64,000 nucleotides of DNA from an uncultured Thermoanaerobaculia bacterium. Lineage in GTDB: Bacteria; Acidobacteriota; Thermoanaerobaculia; Multivoradales; Multivoraceae. The stretch covers positions 1,138,527-1,202,526 of the forward strand of contig OX638294.1 of assembly GCA_951812325.1 (NCBI GenBank), given 5' to 3'. Each line of letters starts with the position of its first letter. Position 1 is the first letter of the stretch. The notes below the pieces were generated by a model, which did no database searches, was not told the DNA's origin, and saw nothing but the letters and a program-made list of their open reading frames with translations. Shown piece by piece: positions 58,558 to 64,000 of the stretch. The position numbers and the translations under genes were made by a program.

Positions 58558-59796
58558 TTGGTTTCCGGAAGCGGCAGACGGCTCCGTACCGTCTGCCGCC
58601 TAAGGGTAGCGCGCTGGGCACTGGGGCGGGGTCCTCGTAGCGCGGCACCGCAGTCGTGGAGCTGGCGGCTGTGGCGATGGATGGCATCGGAGCTGGCGCG
58701 TCAGCTGCGACTCCGACTTCCCGGTCATCTTCATCAGGTATGCCCGGATCGAGCCCTTGTCGCGCCGCGGAAGCGCGCGGTAACGGAACTTGACCAGCGT
58801 CTCGACGATGAACGAGTAAAGCCGAAACGCGGCCAGGGTTCCGGGGAGCCGCCCGACGTTCTCCACGCCCACCCCGACCGCGATTCGGATGAGCCGTACT
58901 GGGTCGCGGCTTCGTACGCCTTCAGGCCGGATGGTACGGTGCGTAGCTCAGAACGCATAGGCAAGGCGCGAGCCAGCGCCCTGGCCGAGTGGCTCACGCG
59001 GCCGGCGCCGGAGAGATTTCAGTCAGTGTCCGAGGACACGCCTTGGACGGAACTGGGCTGTGAGATCAGCGTCGAAGAAGCGGCATCGATCCGCGAACTA
59101 ATGCGCCTCCGGCAGCGAACAGTGTTTCCTCCCGGAGACTTTCGAGGTTGGACGGCGGCTTCGGATGCCGTCGTGCTGGGGGCAATGACGGGCTTCGTTC
59201 CGGGATTCGACCAGGAAGGCAGGCCGAACACGCTGGTTTTCCTGAGAGACGCCGAGCATCTATACCCGTCGCGAAAGTACTCGTACTCCGTGAAGTACGT
59301 CATCCTTCCCTACGCCCGTTTCTTTGCTGCAGGCCGGGTGTTCTGCGCACCGGCCGCCACTCATCAGGAATACTACCCGAAGGTCGGGGACCGTCTGTTG
59401 ATAGCTGCGGATGCGCCGGCCGACCGCGCCGGCGAAGCGTTGACCGTCATGAGCATGAGTCGGGTGGTCCAGGTGGAAGACGATGGCGTCCTGAAGACCT
59501 ACGGGCGGTCGGATTTCTATCCTGTGGCCTTCGCGCCGGATTTTCCAGAGACGTTGGACGCGGCGAGAGCGCGTGCCTGGGATGTCTGGCGGGATGGTTT
59601 CGTGGACTTGGCGGACACGTTGGGTCATGAAGAGTTCACCAAGCTATGGAGGGGCGTGAAGGGCAGTGCCGCCGAAGCTGTCCGCTCCGGTTGCTTCGTG
59701 ATCGGAGTTCTTCCTGATGCGAGCGGTTGGACACTGTCCACCTCCTGTCCGCCACCGGCGCCGCCACCGGCAGAAGAGAGCGAGGCTTCATCGTGA
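58558..59796 (+). CDS. Hypothetical protein, true start uncertain
   Basis: 412-aa ORF with no recognisable motif. Its first 100 codons overlap an opposite-strand 90-aa ORF (58600-58872) of similar plausibility. It ends PPPAPPPAEESEASS. Confidence 0.3.
   Translation: MVSGSGRRLRTVCRLRVARWALGRGPRSAAPQSWSWRLWRWMASELARQLRLRLPGHLHQVCPDRALVAPRKRAVTELDQRLDDERVKPKRGQGSGEPPDVLHAHPDRDSDEPYWVAASYAFRPDGTVRSSERIGKARASALAEWLTRPAPERFQSVSEDTPWTELGCEISVEEAASIRELMRLRQRTVFPPGDFRGWTAASDAVVLGAMTGFVPGFDQEGRPNTLVFLRDAEHLYPSRKYSYSVKYVILPYARFFAAGRVFCAPAATHQEYYPKVGDRLLIAADAPADRAGEALTVMSMSRVVQVEDDGVLKTYGRSDFYPVAFAPDFPETLDAARARAWDVWRDGFVDLADTLGHEEFTKLWRGVKGSAAEAVRSGCFVIGVLPDASGWTLSTSCPPPAPPPAEESEASS
58571..58599. other. 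Perfect 11-bp stem hairpin (GCGGCAGACGG-N7-CCGTCTGCCGC)
   Basis: Seen directly in the sequence. It lies between hflX and the hypothetical region, with no U-tract. Confidence 0.5.
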
Positions 59797-60193
59797 AGCG
59801 GATCGCAGCTGTCACCCTGGTTGCCTCGTTTGCCGTGGCAAGCGGTGCATACGGACAGGCAAATTGCACCCGCACGCTTAGTGCTGGAGTGGCCGGACAC
59901 GCGCCCCTCAATTCCGGCGGCTTCGGCCCGACGCTGCATCACCCGGCGCGCCGTGCTGGCGTCTATCGCCGTCCGCGCCGAAGCGGCGGACGCTGACCTG
60001 CGAGAAGTCCAACTACAGAAGCCCACCGAAGCCGGAAAGGCTGGCCCGCGAGAGCGACGCCAGGCGGTATGCACTGGCGCGAGGTCCCGGCGCCGCTGAA
60101 ATCCGGCCCGTTCCCTGTCGCATGAATGCCAGGACCCGCAACGCTCGCGCCCTCAAGCTGGCGCGCTACGCTCGTTCAAGGGGTCTCCAGGTC

Positions 60194-60898
60194 TCAGGGC
60201 GCCGGCACCGGGAAGCGGCGGATCGTCACGTCGAGCTGAGCGCTGCTGCGGAACGACGGCTCGAAGCGCCCCCCTCCGGAGCCGCCGAAGGTCCCGGACG
60301 CCGGCCCCGGGCCCGAGCCGCTCGCAGGCTGCCTGCCTCCCGGACCAACCGGCGTTCCCGCCTGGACCGCGCCACGCCTCCCTGAAGTCGGGCTCGACGA
60401 TGGCTGCGGCGACCCCGCGGGAACCCCGACCACCCCGCCGGAGCCGAGCGTGCGACGACGAAGGTCGTCGCGCGTGAACACCTGGGGCTCTCCCCCGGTA
60501 CGGCGGTCGGACGCGGGTTCCGCCCGTTCGTCCCGCGCACTGGCGGTGACCGGAGCTTCGGCTGTGGCCGGACGGACCGTCGGCTCCTGGAACGCGTTGC
60601 CGTCGGGAACTGCCGGGACCGTCGACCGGTTCACCCGCCGGGAGCTGTGCCGGTCCACCGTGACGGGCCTCGCGGCCTCGCCCGGTTCGACCTTGCCGGC
60701 ATCGTCTTCAGGGACTTTCTCCGCCGCCGCGGCCTCTTCGCGGCGCGGCGCCGTCTCCGGGACGCGCGCCGGCAGCAGCAGGCCGCTGATGCGGCGCGGC
60801 TCCGAATAGGTCCTCGGCGGCAGGGCCTCGACGCGCGTCCGGTCGGCCCGCAGCAGAATCTCGGTGGCGTACCGGTTCACGAGGAAGTGAGGGTTCAC
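60194..60898 (-). CDS. Hypothetical Pro/Gly/Ala-rich protein; possibly a truncated or frameshifted gene
   Basis: The ORF begins at an internal GTG. The frame continues upstream (AVEHYTRAVGLDSRLAFGD...) to a stop, while a +1 frame (60708-61112) carries the only upstream ATG. The C-terminal half is low-complexity. Confidence 0.25.
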   Translation of the reverse strand: MNPHFLVNRYATEILLRADRTRVEALPPRTYSEPRRISGLLLPARVPETAPRREEAAAAEKVPEDDAGKVEPGEAARPVTVDRHSSRRVNRSTVPAVPDGNAFQEPTVRPATAEAPVTASARDERAEPASDRRTGGEPQVFTRDDLRRRTLGSGGVVGVPAGSPQPSSSPTSGRRGAVQAGTPVGPGGRQPASGSGPGPASGTFGGSGGGRFEPSFRSSAQLDVTIRRFPVPAP

Positions 60899-61112
60899 GT
60901 CGCCGAAGGCCAGACGTGAATCCAGACCGACGGCGCGCGTGTAGTGCTCGACCGCCGTCCCGGCGTCGCCGCGGTACCGGCGACCTGGGCTCCGAGGCCG
61001 GCGCCGCCGAAGGGCGCCGCCGCCGCCCCGGGCAGAAGCAGGCAGAGGGCGAGAGCAGCCGCTCTCGAGAGTGTCTTGCAGGCGTCAGGGCTGTTCTCGG
61101 TCGCAAAGTCAA

Positions 61113-61477
61113 GAAACTGCTATGGTTGCCGCCACGGCGGCGACGCTGGCCCCGGTTGGCGCGCGCCGCGCACTCGACAGTACGAGTCAGCGCTTGGCTT
61201 CAGCCTTTGTCCTCTGAACAGTCCGTCCATCGCGAGACGATTCACGTCGTCCCGGAGCCGTCCAGGCTGCCCGCGATGCACTCAGGCCATGCCAGCCCGC
61301 CGCCTGCAATGACGATCCGGTTCTTCAAGCTTCTCGCGCAGGTGGAACTGCAGCGAACGCGGGGCAGCCGCCCGGCGGATTCCGTTCACGGAATCCCGCC
61401 GTGGCCCGGCGCCCGCGCAACCGGAAGCGTCCCACCCGATTCAACCGGCGGCGCACTCGCCGCCACCCGGAGATTTT
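61113..61477 (+). promoter_or_regulatory. Long (about 360 nt) structured 5' leader of rne
   Basis: It includes the hairpin GGCGGATTCCG-TTCAC-GGAATCCCGCC at about 61376-61403. Proteobacterial rne leaders have comparable length and autoregulatory hairpins. Confidence 0.45.
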
Positions 61478-63712
61478 GTGACCCGAAGAATGCTCATCAA
61501 CGCGCAGAGCTCGACCGAGCTCCGCATCGCCATCGCCAACGACTCGGTACTTGAAGACCTCAAGGTCGACATCGCCGAACGCGGCCTGACCCGCGGCAAC
61601 ATCTACTACGGCAGGATCACGAACATCGAGCCGAGCCTGAACGCCGCCTTCATCGACTACGGCGCTCCCAAGCACGGTTTCCTCGCCATTCAGGACGTGG
61701 TGCCGGACGCCTACTACCAGGCGGTCGCGAAGTCGAAGCGGCCGAGGATCGAGGACGTGCTCGTCCGCGGCCGCCCGATCGTGGTTCAGGTCACCCGGGA
61801 GCCCGAGGGCAACAAGGGCGCCGCCCTGACCACGAACCTGAGTCTCGCCGGCCGCTACCTGGTTCTCACACCCTTCGACAAGACCTGCGGCGTCTCCCGC
61901 AAGGTCGACACGGAGGAGGTCCGGCTCAAACTGAAGGCGATGGCGGAGTCGCTGCCGGTCCCGGACGGCGGCGGCGTGATCGTGCGCACCAATGCCCACG
62001 GCCAGACCAAGACGGCCCTGAGCCGGGACATGAACGCGCTGCTGCGCCTGTGGAAGCGCATTTCCCGCGATGCCCGCGATTCGAAGGGCACGAAGCTGCT
62101 CTACAGCGACCAGGACATCGTGCTCCAGGGACTGCGGGACTACCTGGACAAGTCGATCCAGGAGGTCTGGGTCGACGAGGACACCGCCCATGGGCGAGCC
62201 GAACAGTACATGCGCGCCTTCATGCCGCGCAGCAAGACCTCCCTCAACCGCTACACGGGCCGCCGGCCGCTCTTCTCGGTCTACGACCTCGAACCGCAGA
62301 TCGAGAACATCTTCGAACGCCGGGCCGACCTGCCCTCGGGCGGCTCGATCGTGATCGATCCGACCGAAGCCCTCACCGCCATCGACGTCAACTCGGGACG
62401 CTCGATGAAGGGATCGAACCAGGAGGAGACCGCGGCGAACACGAACGTCGAGGCCGCGGCGGAGGTCGGCCGGCAACTCCGGCTGCGCGACATCGGCGGC
62501 CTGATCGTCGTCGATTTCATCGACATGCGAAGCCCTCGCAACCGGCGCAAGGTCGAGAAGGCGATGAAGGACGCGATGAAGGCGGACAAGGCGCGCTTCA
62601 GCGTCAGCCGCATCAGCGCCAACGGACTGCTCGAGATCAACCGCCAGCGAATCCACCAGGCGCTGCAGTTGCGCACCCACGGCGACTGTCCCAAATGCGC
62701 CGGTACCGGGCGCGTCGCCAGCCCTGACCTCGTCGCCCTGCGCCTGCTGCGCAACATCGAGTCCCATGGCGCCGCCGGCTACATGCGGGGCGTGCAGATT
62801 GCCGTGCAACCCGAGCTGGCCGACTTCGTCCAGAACCGCCATCGTCAGGCGCTCGTCAACCTGGCCGGCGAGTTCGATCTCGAGATCGAGATTTCGGGGC
62901 GTCCGCACATGGAGGGCGGTGAGCCGGACATCAGCTGGATTGCGCGTGACCTGGCCGACGTGAAGAAGAGGGAGAAGGAAGAGGCCAAGGAGAAGAAGCT
63001 CGAGCAGGAAATGCTGGCCACGCCCTCGATCGGGGATACCGACGACGAAACCGCCGAGGCCGAGGTTGAGGCCGAGGCCGAGGCTGAGGTCGAGGTCGAC
63101 GCCGAGGCCGGTGACGGCCCGGCGGAGAGCGCACCGAAGCGACGACGCCGGCGCGGCGGACGACGGCGACGCCCCGCAGCGGCCCGCAAGACGAAGGCGA
63201 CGGAGGAAGCCCAGGGCGAGGACGGCGCCGCCGGACAGGACGTCAAGGCCAGGCCGGCAAAGCAGAGCGGCAGGGCCGCAGCCAAGGGAGGAGCGGCGAA
63301 AAGGAGCGCCGCCCCCGCCAAGGCGAAGCCGGCAAGGAAGAGTGCTCAGGCCCCTGCCAGGGCGAAGCCGGCAAAGAAGGGTGCCCAGACCCCCGCCAGG
63401 GCGAAGCCGGCGAAGAAGGGTGCCCAGACCCCCGCCAGGGCGAAGCCGGCGAAGAAGAGCGCCAGGGCCCCTGCCAAGGCCGCCAAGGCGAAGAAGACCG
63501 CCGGCACGGAAGCCATCAGGGTGCCAGGCATCGACACTCCTCCGGCGGACGCCGCGGCAGGCGGCAACGGCAAGGGCCACGATGCAGCCGCGGCAGGCGG
63601 CAACGGCGCACCGCGTCCGACCAAGCGGCGGCGGCGCAGGCGCAGACGGCCCCGCCGGTCGCAGGGCGCGGCGGCAAGCGGCGAGTCCCCGCCGGCTGTG
63701 ACAACCCCCTGA
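61478..63712 (+). CDS. rne: Ribonuclease E (RNase E/G family) with a Lys/Ala/Pro-rich repetitive C-terminal scaffold region
   Basis: VTRRMLINAQSSTELRIAIANDSVLEDLKVDIAERGLTRGNIYYGRITNIEPSLNAAFIDYG (S1 domain), the catalytic DNase-I-like region, and the Zn-link CPKCAGTGRV. The tail has AKPAKKGAQTPAR x3 repeats and Arg-rich segments. Confidence 0.9.
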   Translation: MTRRMLINAQSSTELRIAIANDSVLEDLKVDIAERGLTRGNIYYGRITNIEPSLNAAFIDYGAPKHGFLAIQDVVPDAYYQAVAKSKRPRIEDVLVRGRPIVVQVTREPEGNKGAALTTNLSLAGRYLVLTPFDKTCGVSRKVDTEEVRLKLKAMAESLPVPDGGGVIVRTNAHGQTKTALSRDMNALLRLWKRISRDARDSKGTKLLYSDQDIVLQGLRDYLDKSIQEVWVDEDTAHGRAEQYMRAFMPRSKTSLNRYTGRRPLFSVYDLEPQIENIFERRADLPSGGSIVIDPTEALTAIDVNSGRSMKGSNQEETAANTNVEAAAEVGRQLRLRDIGGLIVVDFIDMRSPRNRRKVEKAMKDAMKADKARFSVSRISANGLLEINRQRIHQALQLRTHGDCPKCAGTGRVASPDLVALRLLRNIESHGAAGYMRGVQIAVQPELADFVQNRHRQALVNLAGEFDLEIEISGRPHMEGGEPDISWIARDLADVKKREKEEAKEKKLEQEMLATPSIGDTDDETAEAEVEAEAEAEVEVDAEAGDGPAESAPKRRRRRGGRRRRPAAARKTKATEEAQGEDGAAGQDVKARPAKQSGRAAAKGGAAKRSAAPAKAKPARKSAQAPARAKPAKKGAQTPARAKPAKKGAQTPARAKPAKKSARAPAKAAKAKKTAGTEAIRVPGIDTPPADAAAGGNGKGHDAAAAGGNGAPRPTKRRRRRRRRPRRSQGAAASGESPPAVTTP

Positions 63713-64000
63713 CCGGCCCGCAGCTGTTTCGCAGCAGTCGAGGCTCGGTGTGTGTCCGGTCGCGTCGCGAGGCGCTGGCGGCGGCCCCGGCCTCCCTGCC
63801 TTCCGGGCGGCGCCACTCGATCGACGGCACCCTCGACAACTGACTTCGGAAGCCTCCGCTGCCAGGTCCGGGTCGAGACCTCGCTGGACGAGGACGGTCC
63901 GGTACCGAATCAGCGGGTGACGTCTTCCCTTCCGAGTCCGCGGTTCCGTACAATCGCGCTCCATCATCCCGGCCAGGGGCTCACCCCGCACCGGTGGAGC

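Noticed and set aside
61325-63991. 888-aa ORF on the minus strand
   Set aside because: It is exactly antisense to rne and Arg/Gly/Pro-rich, the typical artefact of GC-rich antisense frames. rne on the plus strand has unmistakable RNase E motifs.

Overview
This window comes from a high-GC (about 70%) bacterial chromosome, probably an uncultivated environmental lineage. It has dense coding on both strands and, as usual at this GC content, many long spurious antisense ORFs. Gene starts and ends are taken from the ORF track where possible; coordinates of motifs I located by eye may be off by 1-2 nt.

Housekeeping anchors:
- groES-groEL, preceded by a sigma70-like promoter and a CIRCE/HrcA operator.
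- fabF, an opp-type peptide ABC operon (oppBCA-DF, minus strand), a fadJ/fadB-like beta-oxidation alpha subunit, hflX, and rne (RNase E) with a long structured leader.
- An M16 zinc-peptidase pair (one active HxxEH subunit, one inactive), an AGCS alanine/glycine symporter, and an MFS transporter.

Accessory and unusual content:
- An IS1634-family insertion sequence (about 19111-21077) with target-site duplication. It sits in the 3' flank of a duplicated ABC-2-type transporter locus (copy A 21090-24676, copy B 26337-31329).
- That locus is mosaic: the permease pairs are old, diverged paralogues, but the ATPase segment is about 99% identical between copies. Copy A carries a roughly 950-bp deletion that fuses an internal fragment of a periplasmic-protein gene to the ATPase.
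- A fusion of a PP-loop (Dph6/DUF71-like) ATP pyrophosphatase to an AraC DNA-binding domain.
- An orphan AbrB-type antitoxin followed by a 9-codon vapC stub.
- A 176-bp tandem duplication exactly at the oppD/oppF junction, and an 80-bp element present twice in the opp operon (leader and oppA-oppD spacer).
- Two tandem paralogous secreted VWA-domain proteins next to an Uma2 endonuclease.
- A 920-aa secreted protein with plant-type leucine-rich repeats, an intragenic 420-bp tandem duplication, a 12-bp Asp-Pro microsatellite, and a G17 homopolymer in its promoter region.
- Three paralogues of an uncharacterised secreted protein family clustered near two PQQ-dependent dehydrogenases.
- A class-II cytochrome c-like lipoprotein beside a PepSY-TM protein.

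No rRNA, tRNA or CRISPR array was recognised.
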